DNA of 56,290 nt, taken from NCBI GenBank assembly GCA_964552035.1, contig CAZKFN010000003.1, positions 1-56,290 on the forward strand. Direction: 5' to 3'. Every line of letters starts with the position of its first letter. Position 1 is the stretch's first letter. This stretch comes from an uncultured Flavobacteriales bacterium. Lineage in GTDB: Bacteria; Bacteroidota; Bacteroidia; Flavobacteriales_E; Vicingaceae. The notes under the pieces were generated by a model. It made no database searches. It was not told where the DNA came from and worked only from the letters and a program-made list of their open reading frames with translations. The position numbers and the translations under genes were made by a program. Below, piece by piece: positions 26,701 through 38,281 of the stretch.

Positions 26701-27327
26701 ATGGAATTAAGTATTATAAATAGAGACGGTAAGGATAGCAAGAAGAAAGTAAAGCTTTCTGATAAGATTTACAGTATTGAGCCAAATGATCATGCTATTT
26801 ACTTAGATGTTAAACAACATTTAGCAAATCGTCGCCAAGGTACTGCTAAAACAAAAGAAAGATCTGAAGTAGTTGGAAGTACGAGAAAGATTAAAAAGCA
26901 AAAAGGAACAGGTACTGCTAGAGCTGGAGATATTAAGTCACCTATTTTTAAAGGTGGTGGAGTAGTTTTTGGTCCTAAACCTAGAGATTATTCTTTTAAA
27001 TTAAATAAAAAACTTAAAAGACTTGCTCGTAGATCAGCTTTTAGTTACAAAGCAAAGGATGGTTCCATACAAATCATCGAAGATTTAATTTTTGATCAGC
27101 CTAAGACAAAGGATTTTGTTGAGTTTTTAACGAATTTGAAATCCAACGATAAAAAAACACTTTTGATTGTTGCTGATTTAAATAAAAACTTATATTTGTC
27201 GTCCCGAAATTTGCAAGGGGTGAAAGTTATAAGTGCTTCAAGTGCAAATACTTATGATTTGATGAATGCGAAGAGCGTTTTGATTGCAGAAGGAGCTTTA
27301 AAGGAAATTGAAAATATTTTAAGTTAA
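26701..27327 (+). CDS. rplD: 50S ribosomal protein L4
   Basis: Canonical L4 sequence and operon position. Confidence 0.97.
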   Translation: MELSIINRDGKDSKKKVKLSDKIYSIEPNDHAIYLDVKQHLANRRQGTAKTKERSEVVGSTRKIKKQKGTGTARAGDIKSPIFKGGGVVFGPKPRDYSFKLNKKLKRLARRSAFSYKAKDGSIQIIEDLIFDQPKTKDFVEFLTNLKSNDKKTLLIVADLNKNLYLSSRNLQGVKVISASSANTYDLMNAKSVLIAEGALKEIENILS

Positions 27328-27337
27328 TTTATTGGCC

Positions 27338-27628
27338 ATGAGTATATTAAAAAGACCACTTATTACAGAAAAAATGACCGAACTTACTGAGAAGTCAAAT
27401 GTGTATGGTTTTATTGTTGATTATAATGCCAATAAAATACAGATTAAAGACGCAGTAGAAAAGATGTATGGTGTTGAAGTAGAAAATGTCAACACTATGA
27501 ATTATAAAGGTAAATTTAGGACAAGATACACGAAGACCGGATGGGTTGAAGGTAGAACTAATAAATATAAAAAGGCAATTGTAAGTTTAGAAGAAGGCGA
27601 AACAATTGACTTTTTTAGCAATATATAA
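27338..27628 (+). CDS. rplW: 50S ribosomal protein L23
   Basis: Canonical L23. The ORF-track start at 27332 is TTG, and the ATG at 27338 (MSILKRPLITEK) is preferred. Confidence 0.95.
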   Translation: MSILKRPLITEKMTELTEKSNVYGFIVDYNANKIQIKDAVEKMYGVEVENVNTMNYKGKFRTRYTKTGWVEGRTNKYKKAIVSLEEGETIDFFSNI

Positions 27629-27638
27629 AGGATAGAGA

Positions 27639-28463
27639 ATGTCAGTAAAGAAAATTAAACCATCTACTCCAGGGCAGCGCCATAAATATGCTGCAACTTT
27701 TGAAGAGTTGTCTCCAGCAAAGCCTACGAAATCTTTGTTAAAAGGTAAAAGTAAATCAGGTGGAAGGAATAGTTCTGGAAAGATGACCATGCGAAATATT
27801 GGTGGTGGGCACAAGAAGAAATATAGGGTAATCGATTTTAAAAGGGATAAATTTGATATTCCTGCTAAAATAGCCTCTATAGAATACGATCCCAATCGTT
27901 CTGCAAGGATTGCTTTAGCGGTTTATGCCGATGGGGAAAAAAGATACATTATCGCACCTAAAGGACTTGTTGTAGGGCAGGAAATTATATCTGGGAAAAC
28001 AATTGAACCAGAAGTTGGTAATGCCTTACCTTTAGGAAATATTCCTTTAGGTTCTGTAGTTCACAATGTTGAATTAAAACCTAATCAAGGTGCAAAATTA
28101 GTACGTTCAGCAGGTACTCATGCACATGTAGTATCACGTGAAGGGAAATATGTTGGAATTAAGATGCCGTCATCTGAAATTCGCTTAGTGCTTGGAACTT
28201 GTATGGCAACTATAGGAACAGTTTCCAACTCTGATCACAGCCTTGAGCGTAGTGGTAAAGCTGGAAAATCCAGATGGCTTGGGCGTAGACCTCGTGTTAG
28301 AGGAGTTGCCATGAACCCAGTAGATCACCCTATGGGTGGTGGAGAAGGACGTGCTTCAGGTGGTATACCAAGATCTAGAAATGGTATACCTGCTAAAGGA
28401 TTAAAAACACGTTCTCGTACGAAAGCGTCAAACAAATATATCGTTGAAAGAAGAAAGAAATAA
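27639..28463 (+). CDS. rplB: 50S ribosomal protein L2
   Basis: Canonical L2 ([22 protein letters not shown]). Confidence 0.97.
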   Translation: MSVKKIKPSTPGQRHKYAATFEELSPAKPTKSLLKGKSKSGGRNSSGKMTMRNIGGGHKKKYRVIDFKRDKFDIPAKIASIEYDPNRSARIALAVYADGEKRYIIAPKGLVVGQEIISGKTIEPEVGNALPLGNIPLGSVVHNVELKPNQGAKLVRSAGTHAHVVSREGKYVGIKMPSSEIRLVLGTCMATIGTVSNSDHSLERSGKAGKSRWLGRRPRVRGVAMNPVDHPMGGGEGRASGGIPRSRNGIPAKGLKTRSRTKASNKYIVERRKK

Positions 28464-28469
28464 TATACT

Positions 28470-28739
28470 ATGAGTCGTTCACTTAAAAAACCTCCTTTTG
28501 TCCATTATAAACTAGCTCAGCGAGTTGAAGATATGCAATCTTCGGGCAAAAAATCAGTTATAAAAACATGGTCTAGGGCCTCTATGATAACTCCAGATTT
28601 TGTTGGATTAACAATTGCTGTTCACAATGGAAATAAATTTATTCCTGTATATGTTACAGAGAATATGGTTGGTCACAAATTGGGTGAGTTCTCACCAACA
28701 AGGACATTTAGGGGACATAGCGGTAACCGAAAAAAATAA
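28470..28739 (+). CDS. rpsS: 30S ribosomal protein S19
   Basis: Canonical S19 ([10 protein letters not shown]...HNG..F). Confidence 0.97.
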   Translation: MSRSLKKPPFVHYKLAQRVEDMQSSGKKSVIKTWSRASMITPDFVGLTIAVHNGNKFIPVYVTENMVGHKLGEFSPTRTFRGHSGNRKK

Positions 28740-28765
28740 TAGGAATAAAGAAATAGCATTAAGAA

Positions 28766-29179
28766 ATGGGAGCACGTAAAAGAAATAGGGCAGAAGCCAT
28801 AAAAGAAGCTAGACAGAGTCGCAGTTTTGCCACTTTAAAAAACTGTCCAACTTCTCCAAGAAAAATGAGATTAGTTGCGGATATGATTCGTGGCGAAGAT
28901 GTTTTTTATGCTTTATCATTACTACAATATAGTCCAAAAGAAGCAGCAGGAAGAATGGAGAAGTTACTTCGTTCAGCAGTTGCCAATTGGGAAGCAAAAA
29001 ATTCTGGTGAACGACCAGAAGAGAATAAATTAATTGTTAGTGAAGTAAAAGTGGATAGTGCAAGAATGCTTAAAAGGCTTAAGCCTGCAGCTCAAGGAAG
29101 AGCAAATCGTATTCGTAAGCGTTCAAATCACGTCACTATAGTAGTAGATAAATTAACAGAAGAAAATATAACAAATTAA
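28766..29179 (+). CDS. rplV: 50S ribosomal protein L22
   Basis: Canonical L22 and operon position. Confidence 0.96.
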   Translation: MGARKRNRAEAIKEARQSRSFATLKNCPTSPRKMRLVADMIRGEDVFYALSLLQYSPKEAAGRMEKLLRSAVANWEAKNSGERPEENKLIVSEVKVDSARMLKRLKPAAQGRANRIRKRSNHVTIVVDKLTEENITN

Positions 29180-29191
29180 GAATACTGTAGA

Positions 29192-29902
29192 ATGGGACAA
29201 AAGGTAAATCCAATTGCAAATCGATTAGGCATCATTAAAGGCTGGGATTCCAACTGGTATGGTGGTCGTAATTATGTTGATAAAATCGCGGAAGATGATA
29301 AAATACGTCGTTATTTAAATGCTCGTCTTGTAAAAGCAGGTATTTCTAAAATTGTTATTGAAAGAACACTTAAGTTAATTACAGTCACAATCAACACAAG
29401 TAGACCTGGAATAATAATAGGAAAAGGTGGAAAAGAAGTTGACAAGTTAAAAGAAGAACTTAAAAAATTAACTAAAAAGGAAGTTCAGATCAACATATTT
29501 GAAATCAAAAGACCTGAACTTGATGCTCAATTAGTTGCAGAAAGTGTGGCTCGTCAAATTGAGGGTAGAATATCTTTTAGGCGTGCTACTAAGATGTCTG
29601 TTGCCTCAACAATGAGGATGGGTGCAGAGGGAGTTAAAATTATGGTTAGCGGTCGTTTGGCTGGAGCGGAAATGGCACGTACAGAATTTTATAAAGAAGG
29701 ACGCATTCCCTTACATACTTTTAGGGCAGACATTGATTATGCTTTAGCTGAGGCTCATACTTCTTACGGAAGAATTGGAGTTAAAGTATGGATTTGTAAA
29801 GGAGAGATATATGGTAAAAGAGACTTATCACCAAATATTGAATCTAAGAAAGCTCATGGAAAGAAAGGAACTCAAAGAAGAGCAGGAAAGAAAAGAAAAT
29901 AA
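29192..29902 (+). CDS. rpsC: 30S ribosomal protein S3
   Basis: MGQKVNP...KH-domain GKGG motif, canonical S3. Confidence 0.97.
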   Translation: MGQKVNPIANRLGIIKGWDSNWYGGRNYVDKIAEDDKIRRYLNARLVKAGISKIVIERTLKLITVTINTSRPGIIIGKGGKEVDKLKEELKKLTKKEVQINIFEIKRPELDAQLVAESVARQIEGRISFRRATKMSVASTMRMGAEGVKIMVSGRLAGAEMARTEFYKEGRIPLHTFRADIDYALAEAHTSYGRIGVKVWICKGEIYGKRDLSPNIESKKAHGKKGTQRRAGKKRK

Positions 29903-29930
29903 TTGATAAGTAGCGTAATATTATAGAAAG

Positions 29931-30350
29931 ATGATACAGCCGAAAAGAACGAAATATAGAAAGATGCATAAGGGCCGCATTAAAGGTAATGCACAAAGAG
30001 GGCATCAAATTGCATTTGGTAGTTTCGCTATTAAGACATTAGAAACAGGAAGAATCACTTCGCGTCAAATAGAAGCAGCAAGGATTGCTGTTACTCGTTT
30101 TATGAAGAGAGAGGGGCAAATTTGGATTAGAATTTTTCCAGATAAACCCATTACTAAAAAGCCTGCAGAAGTAAGAATGGGAAAAGGGAAGGGATCGCCG
30201 GAATATTTTGTTGCTCCTGTAAGACCTGGAAGGATCTTATTTGAAGCAGATGGGGTTTCTTTACCAGTTGCAACAGAAGCATTGCGCTTAGCAGCTCAGA
30301 AATTACCCGTGAAAACTAAATTTGTAGTTCGAAGAGATTATAAAGCGTAA
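29931..30350 (+). CDS. rplP: 50S ribosomal protein L16
   Basis: [12 protein letters not shown], canonical L16. Confidence 0.97.
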   Translation: MIQPKRTKYRKMHKGRIKGNAQRGHQIAFGSFAIKTLETGRITSRQIEAARIAVTRFMKREGQIWIRIFPDKPITKKPAEVRMGKGKGSPEYFVAPVRPGRILFEADGVSLPVATEALRLAAQKLPVKTKFVVRRDYKA

Positions 30351-30363
30351 AAGCTAAACTGAA

Positions 30364-30570
30364 ATGAAACAAATAGATATAAAAGACTTAAACGGAGAGG
30401 ACTTGCAAGAAAATCTTGCTGAGCAATTAGATTTACTGACTAAGCTTAAAATGAGCCATGCAGTTTCTCCTTTGGAAAATCCAAGCCAAGTAAAAACAGT
30501 TAGAAGAACTGTGGCAAGATTAAAAACAGAAATAAGAAAAAGAGAGTTGACAACAACTCAAAATAAATAA
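30364..30570 (+). CDS. rpmC: 50S ribosomal protein L29
   Basis: 68 aa, L29-like, operon position. Confidence 0.93.
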   Translation: MKQIDIKDLNGEDLQENLAEQLDLLTKLKMSHAVSPLENPSQVKTVRRTVARLKTEIRKRELTTTQNK

Positions 30571-30578
30571 GAATTCCG

Positions 30579-30839
30579 ATGGATAAGACTAGAAATCTAC
30601 GTAAAGAAAAAATTGGTATAGTGGTAAGCAATAAGATGGATAAAACAATTACAATTGCTGTAAGAGACCGCTATAAACATCCAATGTACGGTAAGTTTAT
30701 GAATAAAACTTCCAAGTTTATGGCTCATGATGATAAAAATGACTGCAACATTGGTGATACCGTTCGCATTATGGAAACACGTCCATTGAGTAAAAATAAG
30801 AATTGGAGATTAGTTGAAATTATAGAAAGAGTTAAGTAA
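30579..30839 (+). CDS. rpsQ: 30S ribosomal protein S17
   Basis: Canonical S17 (G.VVS.KMDKTI.V). Confidence 0.96.
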   Translation: MDKTRNLRKEKIGIVVSNKMDKTITIAVRDRYKHPMYGKFMNKTSKFMAHDDKNDCNIGDTVRIMETRPLSKNKNWRLVEIIERVK

Positions 30840-30841
30840 TT

Positions 30842-31210
30842 ATGATACGTCAAGAATCAAGATTAAAAGTTGCGGATAATAGTGGTGCTAAAGAAGTACT
30901 CTGTATTCGTGTATTAGGAGGTACTCGAAAAAAGTATGCTTCTTTAGGGGACAAAATAGTTGTTTCTATAAAGTCAGCTCTTCCTTCAGGAAATGTTAAA
31001 AAAGGAGCTGTATCAAAAGCAGTTATTGTACGTGCCAAAAAAGAAGTAAGAAGAGCAGATGGTTCCTACATTAGATTTGATAATAATGCAGTAGTGTTAT
31101 TAAACGAAAATAATGAAATGAGAGGAACGCGTATCTTTGGTCCTGTAGCACGTGAACTTCGTGAAAAGCAGTTTATGAAAATTGTTTCACTAGCGCCAGA
31201 AGTGATTTAA
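30842..31210 (+). CDS. rplN: 50S ribosomal protein L14
   Basis: [17 protein letters not shown], canonical L14. Confidence 0.97.
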   Translation: MIRQESRLKVADNSGAKEVLCIRVLGGTRKKYASLGDKIVVSIKSALPSGNVKKGAVSKAVIVRAKKEVRRADGSYIRFDNNAVVLLNENNEMRGTRIFGPVARELREKQFMKIVSLAPEVI

Positions 31211-31230
31211 AACAAGAAAAAGAATCCAAA

Positions 31231-31557
31231 ATGATTAAGAAGTTAAATATCAGAAAAGGGGATAGAGTTAAGGTTATAGCTGGAGTCTCTAAGGGTGTCG
31301 AAGCTAAGGTGATTAAAGTATTGCCCAAAACTTCTAGAGTAAATTTAGAAGGAGATAATATTCGTAAGAATAAACGTCATACTAAACCTAATCAAATACA
31401 CCAAGATGGTGGAATAATCAATATTGATGCTTCCATTCATATCTCTAATGTGATGCTAGTGGATCCTACAACTGGTGAAGCTACCCGTGTAGGAAGAAGA
31501 CAAGTAGATAATAAATCAGTTCGATATTCTAAAAAATCTGGGGAGGTAATTAAATAA
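31231..31557 (+). CDS. rplX: 50S ribosomal protein L24
   Basis: KOW-type I.KGD.V.VI.G, L24. Its stop overlaps the rplE ATG (TAATG). Confidence 0.96.
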   Translation: MIKKLNIRKGDRVKVIAGVSKGVEAKVIKVLPKTSRVNLEGDNIRKNKRHTKPNQIHQDGGIINIDASIHISNVMLVDPTTGEATRVGRRQVDNKSVRYSKKSGEVIK

Positions 31558-32117
31558 TGTATACGCCGAGATTAAAAACAAAATACAATGAGGAAATCAA
31601 GTCTAACTTGATGAAGACTTTTAATTATAAAAGTACTATGGAAATTCCTCGTCTAGTTAAAATATCACTTAACCAAGGTATTGGTGCAGCGGTTGCAGAT
31701 AAAAAATTAATTGAATCTTCAATTAATGAAATGTCATCTATTGCAGGTCAAAGAGCTATACCTACTTATTCTAAAAAGGACATTTCTAACTTTAAGTTGA
31801 GAAAAGGAATGCCTATAGGTGCAAAAGTTACTTTAAGAGGAGATAGAATGTACGAATTTTTGGATCGTTTAGTTTCTGTTGCGCTTCCAAGAACACGTGA
31901 TTTTAATGGACTTGGAAACCGTGGTTTTGATGGAATGGGGAATTATACTTTTGGAGTAAAAGAACAAATTATCTTTCCAGAGATAGATATTGATAAAGTA
32001 AATAAAATAACCGGTATGGATATTTCTTTTGTAACAACAGCAAAGACCAATGAAGAGGCAAGAGCTTTGTTAAAAGAGTTAGGAGTGCCGTTTAAAAAAA
32101 ATAAAAACGAAGAATAA
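31557..32117 (+). CDS. rplE: 50S ribosomal protein L5
   Basis: Canonical L5 sequence. Confidence 0.97.
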   Translation: MYTPRLKTKYNEEIKSNLMKTFNYKSTMEIPRLVKISLNQGIGAAVADKKLIESSINEMSSIAGQRAIPTYSKKDISNFKLRKGMPIGAKVTLRGDRMYEFLDRLVSVALPRTRDFNGLGNRGFDGMGNYTFGVKEQIIFPEIDIDKVNKITGMDISFVTTAKTNEEARALLKELGVPFKKNKNEE

Positions 32118-32119
32118 GC

Positions 32120-32389
32120 ATGGCTAAAGAGTCAATGAAAGCGCGTGAAAGAAAGCGCCAAAAATTAGTAGCAAAATATGCTGCAAGAAGAGCAGAACTA
32201 AAAGCTGCTGGAGATTATGAGGCTTTACAAAAACTACCTCGTGATTCATCAGCTGTTCGTCTGCATAATAGATGTAGCTTAACTGGAAGACCAAAAGGAT
32301 ATATGCGTCAGTTTGGAATATCAAGAGTTAAGTTTAGAAAAATGGCAAGTTCTGGGCTTATTCCAGGAATTAAGAAAGCAAGTTGGTAA
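32120..32389 (+). CDS. rpsN: 30S ribosomal protein S14 (long, non-zinc form)
   Basis: 89 aa, canonical S14 without a CxxC pair. Confidence 0.96.
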   Translation: MAKESMKARERKRQKLVAKYAARRAELKAAGDYEALQKLPRDSSAVRLHNRCSLTGRPKGYMRQFGISRVKFRKMASSGLIPGIKKASW

Positions 32390-32404
32390 ATTAAATAAAG
32401 AAGA

Positions 32405-32803
32405 ATGACAGATCCAATTTCAGATTACCTAACAAGATTGATGAATGCAATAGCTGTAAAACATCGTATTGTTGAAATTCCTGCATCTAATCTTAAAAAA
32501 GAAATTACAAAGATTCTTTTTGAGAAAGGCTATATTTTAAATTATAAATTTATTGAGGGAGAAAATCCTCAAGGTGTAATTAAAATTGCCCTTAAATATC
32601 ATCCTACTTCTAAGATTCCTGCAATTAAGAAATTACAAAGAATATCTAAACCAGGACTTAGAAAGTATGTGAATTCCGATAATTTACCAAGAGTATTAAA
32701 CGGATTAGGTATTGCAATTATCTCAACTTCAAGTGGAGTAATGACGGATAAAGAAGCAAGAAAAGAAAAAGTAGGTGGTGAAGTATTATGCCACGTATAT
32801 TAA
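32405..32803 (+). CDS. rpsH: 30S ribosomal protein S8
   Basis: [13 protein letters not shown], canonical S8. Confidence 0.97.
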   Translation: MTDPISDYLTRLMNAIAVKHRIVEIPASNLKKEITKILFEKGYILNYKFIEGENPQGVIKIALKYHPTSKIPAIKKLQRISKPGLRKYVNSDNLPRVLNGLGIAIISTSSGVMTDKEARKEKVGGEVLCHVY

Positions 32804-32827
32804 ACAATAGACAAAGAGCGAAAAGTT

Positions 32828-33382
32828 ATGTCACGAATAGGTTTAGCACCAATTACCATTCCTCAAGGAGTAGAAGTTAAAGTTTCCGATAATAACATAG
32901 TATATGTTAAAGGAGCTAAAGGTGAAATACAAAGAACAGTTGATCCAGTTATTACAGTGAACATTAAAGATAATGAAATTACTTTAGAGCGTCACACAGA
33001 GCAAAAAGACCATAAATCAAAACACGGTTTATATCGTGCCTTGATTCAAAACATGGTAACTGGTGTTCATGAAGGTTATAAAAAAGAACTAGAGTTGGTT
33101 GGAGTAGGTTATAGAGCTTCTAGCCAAGGTCAAAGATTGGAATTAGCTTTGGGTTTTTCTCATCCTATTATTTTTGAATTACCAAAAGAAGTTACAGTAT
33201 CAACTGTATCTGAAAGAGGTAAAAACCCCTTAGTAACTTTAGAGTCTTTTGATAATGAGTTATTGGGATTAGTGGTATCAAAAATTAGATCATTTAGAAA
33301 ACCAGAACCTTATAAAGGTAAAGGAGTTAAATTTGTTGGTGAATATATTAGAAGAAAAGCAGGTAAAGCTGCTGCAAAATAA
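32828..33382 (+). CDS. rplF: 50S ribosomal protein L6
   Basis: MSRIG..PI.IP.GV, canonical L6. Confidence 0.97.
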   Translation: MSRIGLAPITIPQGVEVKVSDNNIVYVKGAKGEIQRTVDPVITVNIKDNEITLERHTEQKDHKSKHGLYRALIQNMVTGVHEGYKKELELVGVGYRASSQGQRLELALGFSHPIIFELPKEVTVSTVSERGKNPLVTLESFDNELLGLVVSKIRSFRKPEPYKGKGVKFVGEYIRRKAGKAAAK

Positions 33383-33390
33383 AATAAATT

Positions 33391-33747
33391 ATGGCATTAA
33401 CTAAGTTACAAAGAAGACAAAGAATTAAAAGAAGAGTACGTAAAATTGTTAAAGGTACTGCTGAAAAGCCTCGTTTGTCTGTATATAGAAGCAATAAAGA
33501 AATATATGCTCAATTGATCGATGATACAGCTGGAAAAACAATTTTAGCTGCATCTTCTAGAGATAAAGAAATAGCTTCTGTAAAGGGAACAAAAGTTGAA
33601 ATGTCTACGGAAGTAGGCAAATTAATTGCTGAAAAAGCAAAAAAAGCTGGTATTGAAACTATTCGTTTCGATAGGAATGGCTACCTCTATCATGGACGAG
33701 TTAAAGCTGTTGCTGATGGAGCAAGAGAAGGTGGATTAAACTTTTAA
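33391..33747 (+). CDS. rplR: 50S ribosomal protein L18
   Basis: Canonical L18 ([17 protein letters not shown]). Confidence 0.97.
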   Translation: MALTKLQRRQRIKRRVRKIVKGTAEKPRLSVYRSNKEIYAQLIDDTAGKTILAASSRDKEIASVKGTKVEMSTEVGKLIAEKAKKAGIETIRFDRNGYLYHGRVKAVADGAREGGLNF

Positions 33748-33773
33748 TAAGAGAAAAAGAAATAAATTTAAAT

Positions 33774-34292
33774 ATGGCTAACGTAAGTACAAAAAGAGTT
33801 AAGTCTAGTGAAATTGAATTAAAAGACCGATTGGTTGGAATTCAGAGAGTAACTAAAGTAACCAAAGGTGGTAGACATTTTAGCTTTTCTGCTATTGTTG
33901 TGGTAGGTAATGAGAATGGTATTGTCGGATATGGTTTAGGAAAAGCAAATGAGGTAACTGAAGCAATTTCTAAAGGGATAGATAATGCCAAAAAGAACCT
34001 GATTAAAGTTCCTATTATCAACAACACTATTTCTCATCAGCAAGAAGCGAAATTTTCAGGAGCTCAAGTTTTTATTAAGCCAGCTTCTCATGGTACAGGT
34101 GTAATTGCTGGAGGTTCTATGCGTGCAGTTCTTGAAAGCGCTGGAATTAAAGATGTGTTAGCAAAATCAAAAGGCTCTTCAAATCCACATAATGTTGTAA
34201 AAGCTACTATTAAAGCTCTTGAAGAAACACGTGATGCATATACAGTTGCTAAACATAGAGGAGTGGATTTAGATGTTGTATTCAACGGGTAA
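33774..34292 (+). CDS. rpsE: 30S ribosomal protein S5
   Basis: Canonical S5 (RV.KV.KGGR.F.F.A..VVG). Confidence 0.97.
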   Translation: MANVSTKRVKSSEIELKDRLVGIQRVTKVTKGGRHFSFSAIVVVGNENGIVGYGLGKANEVTEAISKGIDNAKKNLIKVPIINNTISHQQEAKFSGAQVFIKPASHGTGVIAGGSMRAVLESAGIKDVLAKSKGSSNPHNVVKATIKALEETRDAYTVAKHRGVDLDVVFNG

Positions 34293-34303
34293 TTTAAAAA
34301 AAA

Positions 34304-34483
34304 ATGGCAAAGATAAAAATCACACAAATTAGAAGTAGAATCAGTAGACCAGGCGACCAAAAGCGAACGTTAGACGCTTTAGGGCTTAGAAAAATTAATG
34401 GTACTGTTATACATGAGGATACTCCTCAAATACAAGGAATGATTAATAAGGTAAAACACTTGGTTAGCGTAGAAAAAGTCTAA
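34304..34483 (+). CDS. rpmD: 50S ribosomal protein L30
   Basis: Below the ORF-track size cut-off. My own translation is [59 protein letters not shown] (59 aa), canonical L30 between rpsE and rplO. Confidence 0.93.
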   Translation: MAKIKITQIRSRISRPGDQKRTLDALGLRKINGTVIHEDTPQIQGMINKVKHLVSVEKV

Positions 34484-34503
34484 CCTATAATTTAAGAAAC
34501 ACG

Positions 34504-34953
34504 ATGGATTTAACAAATCTAAAGCCTGCAAAAGGCGCAGTAAAAGGAAGACGTATTAGAGTTGGACGTGGTGAAGGTTCTGGAAAAGGAGGAACTGCAA
34601 CTAGAGGACACAAAGGGGCTAAATCTAGATCTGGATATTCCAAAAAAATTGGTTTTGAAGGTGGACAAATGCCTATACAAAGAAGAGTTCCTAAATTCGG
34701 ATTTACAAATATAAACCGTAAGAACTATAAGGGAATTAATCTAGATACGATCCAATACATCGCTGAAAACAATAAAATTGATAAGATTGACATAGATGTT
34801 TTGATAGAAAAAGGCTATGTAAGTAGAAATGCTTTGGTAAAAGTTTTAGGAAGAGGAACTTTAGATGCTAAAGTGGATGTTGAAGTACATGCATTTTCAA
34901 AAAGTGCAAAAGAAGCGATTGAAGCTAAAGGTGGGAAAGCAGAAACTCTATAA
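34504..34953 (+). CDS. rplO: 50S ribosomal protein L15
   Basis: Canonical L15 (L.P..G..K...R.GRG.GSG.G.T.GRGHKG). Confidence 0.97.
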   Translation: MDLTNLKPAKGAVKGRRIRVGRGEGSGKGGTATRGHKGAKSRSGYSKKIGFEGGQMPIQRRVPKFGFTNINRKNYKGINLDTIQYIAENNKIDKIDIDVLIEKGYVSRNALVKVLGRGTLDAKVDVEVHAFSKSAKEAIEAKGGKAETL

Positions 34954-34959
34954 AACATT

Positions 34960-36294
34960 ATGAAGCGATTTTTTGAAACATTAAAGAATATTTGGACAAT
35001 TGAGGACTTAAGGGTTCGTATATTAAATACCTTAGGTTTACTATTAATCTATAGATTAGGTTCCTATGTTGTGCTTCCAGGTATTGACTCTTCAGCATTG
35101 GAAGTTGCTAATGCTGGAAATACTGGTGGAATTGCTGGATTGTTAGACTTATTTGCAGGGGGTGCTTTCTCTAGAGCGTCTATTTTTGCTCTTGGTATTA
35201 TGCCTTATATCTCTGCATCTATTGTTGTTCAGCTTTTAGGTATTGCTATCCCTTATTTCCAAAAATTACAAAAAGAAGGTGAAAGTGGAAGACGTAAGAT
35301 CAACCAGATAACCCGAATGTTAACCATAATAATTGTTGCTTTTCAAGCTCCAGGTTATATTGCTTCTCAAATCCCTTCTCATACCGCCACTGGAATGCTG
35401 GTAAGACCTGATACCTTTGTATGGTGGTTATCTACTGTAATTATCCTTATTACTGGAACTATGTTTGTGATGTGGCTTGGAGAAAGAATTACAGAAAAAG
35501 GATTGGGTAATGGAATATCACTAATCATTATGATTGGAATTATCGCTCGACTTCCCTTTGCATTCGTCGCAGAATTTGCATCAAGAATAAAAGGTGGTGG
35601 ATTAGTTGTATTATTGATAGAATTAGTAATTTTGCTGCTCGTAATAATTGCGACTATTCTTCTAGTGCAAGGAACAAGAAGAGTACCAGTGCAATTTGCA
35701 AAGCGAGTTGTGGGTAATAAACAATATGGTGGAGTAAGGCAATATGTGCCTTTAAAGGTAAATTCAGCAGGAGTAATGCCGATTATCTTTGCCCAAGCCA
35801 TAATGTTTATTCCAATTACTTTTGCTGGTTTTGCCAGTATGGATAATTTAAGCGGTTTTACTGCTGCTCTAAGTGACTATACTGGATTTTGGTATAACTT
35901 CATTTTCTTTTGGATGATTATACTGTTTACATACTTCTATACAGCGGTAACGGTAAACCCAAACCAGATGGCAGAAGATATGAAGAAAAATGGTGGTTTT
36001 ATTCCTGGGGTTAAACCTGGAAAGCGAACTGCTGCTTTTCTAGAAGATATTTTATCTAAAATAACACTTCCAGGGTCTATATTCCTTGGAATTGTTGCAA
36101 TTTTACCGGCATTTGCCATAATCCTTGAAGTAAACTCAGAGTTTGCTCAATTTTATGGTGGAACTTCACTTTTAATTATGGTTGGAGTAATACTGGATAC
36201 ATTGCAGCAGATTGAAAGTCATTTATTGATGCGTCATTATGATGGATTAATGAAAACAGGTAAAATTAAAGGGAGATCTAGCATTAATTTTTAG
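34960..36294 (+). CDS. secY: preprotein translocase subunit SecY
   Basis: 444 aa, 10-TM SecY pattern (GIMPYISASIVVQLL), operon position. Confidence 0.97.
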   Translation: MKRFFETLKNIWTIEDLRVRILNTLGLLLIYRLGSYVVLPGIDSSALEVANAGNTGGIAGLLDLFAGGAFSRASIFALGIMPYISASIVVQLLGIAIPYFQKLQKEGESGRRKINQITRMLTIIIVAFQAPGYIASQIPSHTATGMLVRPDTFVWWLSTVIILITGTMFVMWLGERITEKGLGNGISLIIMIGIIARLPFAFVAEFASRIKGGGLVVLLIELVILLLVIIATILLVQGTRRVPVQFAKRVVGNKQYGGVRQYVPLKVNSAGVMPIIFAQAIMFIPITFAGFASMDNLSGFTAALSDYTGFWYNFIFFWMIILFTYFYTAVTVNPNQMAEDMKKNGGFIPGVKPGKRTAAFLEDILSKITLPGSIFLGIVAILPAFAIILEVNSEFAQFYGGTSLLIMVGVILDTLQQIESHLLMRHYDGLMKTGKIKGRSSINF

Positions 36295-36306
36295 CTAGTA
36301 GGGGTT

Positions 36307-37083
36307 ATGATTTACTTGAAGACAGAAGAAGAAATTGAATTAATAAGAAAGAGTTCTTTACTTGTTGGAAAAACTTTAGCTGAAGTAGCAAAAAGGGTAG
36401 CACCTGGAGTTACTCCTTTAGAATTGGATTCTATTGCTGAAGAGTTTATTATGGATAATGGCGCCACTCCTGGATTTAAAGGATATAACGGTTTCCCTAA
36501 TACACTTTGTACCTCTGTTAATGAACAAGTCGTACATGGTATCCCCTCTAATAAACCCTTAGTAAATGGCGATATTATTTCCGTTGATTGTGGAGCTGTT
36601 TTAAATGGCTTTTTCGGAGATGTCGCTTTTACCTTTGAAGTAGGTGAAGTAGATGAAGAAATAAAGGAATTGCTTCAAACAACTAAGGATTGTCTGTATG
36701 CGGGAATTGATGCTGCTTATGCAGGAAGCCGAATTGGGGACATTGGTTTTGCAATACAATCTTTAGCAGAATCCAAAGGTTATGGAGTGGTTCGTGAATT
36801 AGTAGGTCATGGACTGGGAAAAAATTTACATGAAGCTCCAGAAGTGCCTAATTACGGACGAAGAGGAAATGGAATGAAGTTAAAAGAAGGTTTAGTTTTG
36901 GCAATTGAACCTATGATTAACTTAGGAAAAAGAAATGTTAAGCAAGCTTCAGATGGTTGGACGATTGTTACAGCAGATAAAAAGCCTTCAGCACATTTTG
37001 AACACAATATTGTGATAAGAAAAAATAAAGCAGAAATTCTTTCTTCACATGAATTTGTAGAAGAAATATTAAAAAATAAATAA
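36307..37083 (+). CDS. map: type I methionine aminopeptidase
   Basis: All five metal ligands are recognisable (VDCGA..GFFGD, GHGLG, LAIEPM, HFEHNI). Confidence 0.96.
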   Translation: MIYLKTEEEIELIRKSSLLVGKTLAEVAKRVAPGVTPLELDSIAEEFIMDNGATPGFKGYNGFPNTLCTSVNEQVVHGIPSNKPLVNGDIISVDCGAVLNGFFGDVAFTFEVGEVDEEIKELLQTTKDCLYAGIDAAYAGSRIGDIGFAIQSLAESKGYGVVRELVGHGLGKNLHEAPEVPNYGRRGNGMKLKEGLVLAIEPMINLGKRNVKQASDGWTIVTADKKPSAHFEHNIVIRKNKAEILSSHEFVEEILKNK

Positions 37084-37089
37084 GTATAA

Positions 37090-37308
37090 ATGGCAAAGCA
37101 AGCATCCATTGAACAAGATGGGACAATAACAGAAGCATTATCCAATGCAATGTTTAGAGTTGAATTAGAGAATGGGCATGAAATAACTGCACATATCTCT
37201 GGAAAGATGAGGATGTATTATATTAAATTATTGCCAGGAGATAAAGTTAAAGTAGAAATGTCTCCTTATGATTTAACAAAAGGGAGAATTACATACAGAT
37301 ATAAATAA
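37090..37308 (+). CDS. infA: translation initiation factor IF-1
   Basis: 72 aa, canonical S1-like IF-1 sequence. Confidence 0.97.
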   Translation: MAKQASIEQDGTITEALSNAMFRVELENGHEITAHISGKMRMYYIKLLPGDKVKVEMSPYDLTKGRITYRYK

Positions 37309-37322
37309 GAAAAAGTAGGACT

Positions 37323-37439
37323 ATGAAAGTTAGAGCATCAGTTAAAAAAAGAACTGCAGATTGTAAAATCGTAAAACGTAAAGGTCGTGTTTACGTAATA
37401 AATAAGAAAAATCCTAAGCTTAAACAAAGACAAGGTTAA
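37323..37439 (+). CDS. rpmJ: 50S ribosomal protein L36 (zinc-ligand-depleted form)
   Basis: Below the ORF-track cut-off. My own translation is [38 protein letters not shown] (38 aa). Confidence 0.93.
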   Translation: MKVRASVKKRTADCKIVKRKGRVYVINKKNPKLKQRQG

Positions 37440-37458
37440 TAGATAATAGATTAAACTT

Positions 37459-37836
37459 ATGGCTAGAATAGCAGGTATAGATTTACCGAGAAATAAAAGA
37501 GGTGTCATTGGATTGACATACATCTACGGAATTGGCAGCAGTACAGCTGCAAAAGTTTTAACTCAGGCAGGAATAGATTTGAGTAAAAAAGTAGGTGACT
37601 GGAATGATGAGGAATTGACTAAAATTCGTAAAATCCTTAACGATGAATATCGTTTGGAAGGCGCACTTCGTTCTGAAGTTCAATTAAACATTAAACGTTT
37701 AATGGACATTGGATGTTATAGAGGTGTTCGTCATAGAACAGGGTTGCCTTTACGTGGTCAGAAGACTAAGAATAATTCACGAACAAGAAAAGGTAGAAAG
37801 AAAACTGTTGCTAACAAGAAAAAAACTACTAAATAA
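37459..37836 (+). CDS. rpsM: 30S ribosomal protein S13
   Basis: [10 protein letters not shown], canonical S13. Confidence 0.97.
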   Translation: MARIAGIDLPRNKRGVIGLTYIYGIGSSTAAKVLTQAGIDLSKKVGDWNDEELTKIRKILNDEYRLEGALRSEVQLNIKRLMDIGCYRGVRHRTGLPLRGQKTKNNSRTRKGRKKTVANKKKTTK

Positions 37837-37853
37837 TAAGGATTTATAAGAAA

Positions 37854-38246
37854 ATGGCAAAGTCTACGCAAAAGAAAGTAAAGAAAAAGAGTGTCAATGT
37901 TGAGTCTGTTGGACAAGCGCATATACATGCATCGTTTAACAACATCATAATTACATTGGCAAATAAAAATGGTCAAGTTATTTCTTGGGCTTCTTCTGGG
38001 AAAATGGGATTTAGAGGTTCTAAAAAGAACACTCCTTATGCTGCTCAAGTTGCAGCTTCAGAATGTGCTAAAGAAGCATATGACTTAGGTTTACGTCGGG
38101 TAAAGGTTTATGTTAAAGGACCTGGTTCGGGAAGAGAATCAGCTATACGAACTATTCATAATTCAGGTATTGAAGTAACTGAAATAGTAGATATTACTCC
38201 TATACCTCATAATGGATGTAGACCTCCAAAGAGGAGAAGAGTTTAA
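37854..38246 (+). CDS. rpsK: 30S ribosomal protein S11
   Basis: Canonical S11 (H.SFNN.I...D..G). Confidence 0.97.
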   Translation: MAKSTQKKVKKKSVNVESVGQAHIHASFNNIIITLANKNGQVISWASSGKMGFRGSKKNTPYAAQVAASECAKEAYDLGLRRVKVYVKGPGSGRESAIRTIHNSGIEVTEIVDITPIPHNGCRPPKRRRV

Positions 38247-38281
38247 AAGTACAATCATTAGAAAAGACAAATACATAAATA

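Noticed and set aside
35379-35801. 140-aa minus-strand ORF inside secY. Similar antisense ORFs occur inside fusA, rplC, rpsE, rpoA, map, rplQ/carA, PIG-L, ung, msrB, the helicase, the aminotransferase, nitroreductase, DUF2797, the TPR protein, UbiD, AlgJ-like, S41, NDH-2 and the beta-barrel gene.
   Set aside because: All are fully embedded antisense or out-of-frame within strongly supported genes. They lack recognisable motifs and are typical shadow ORFs.
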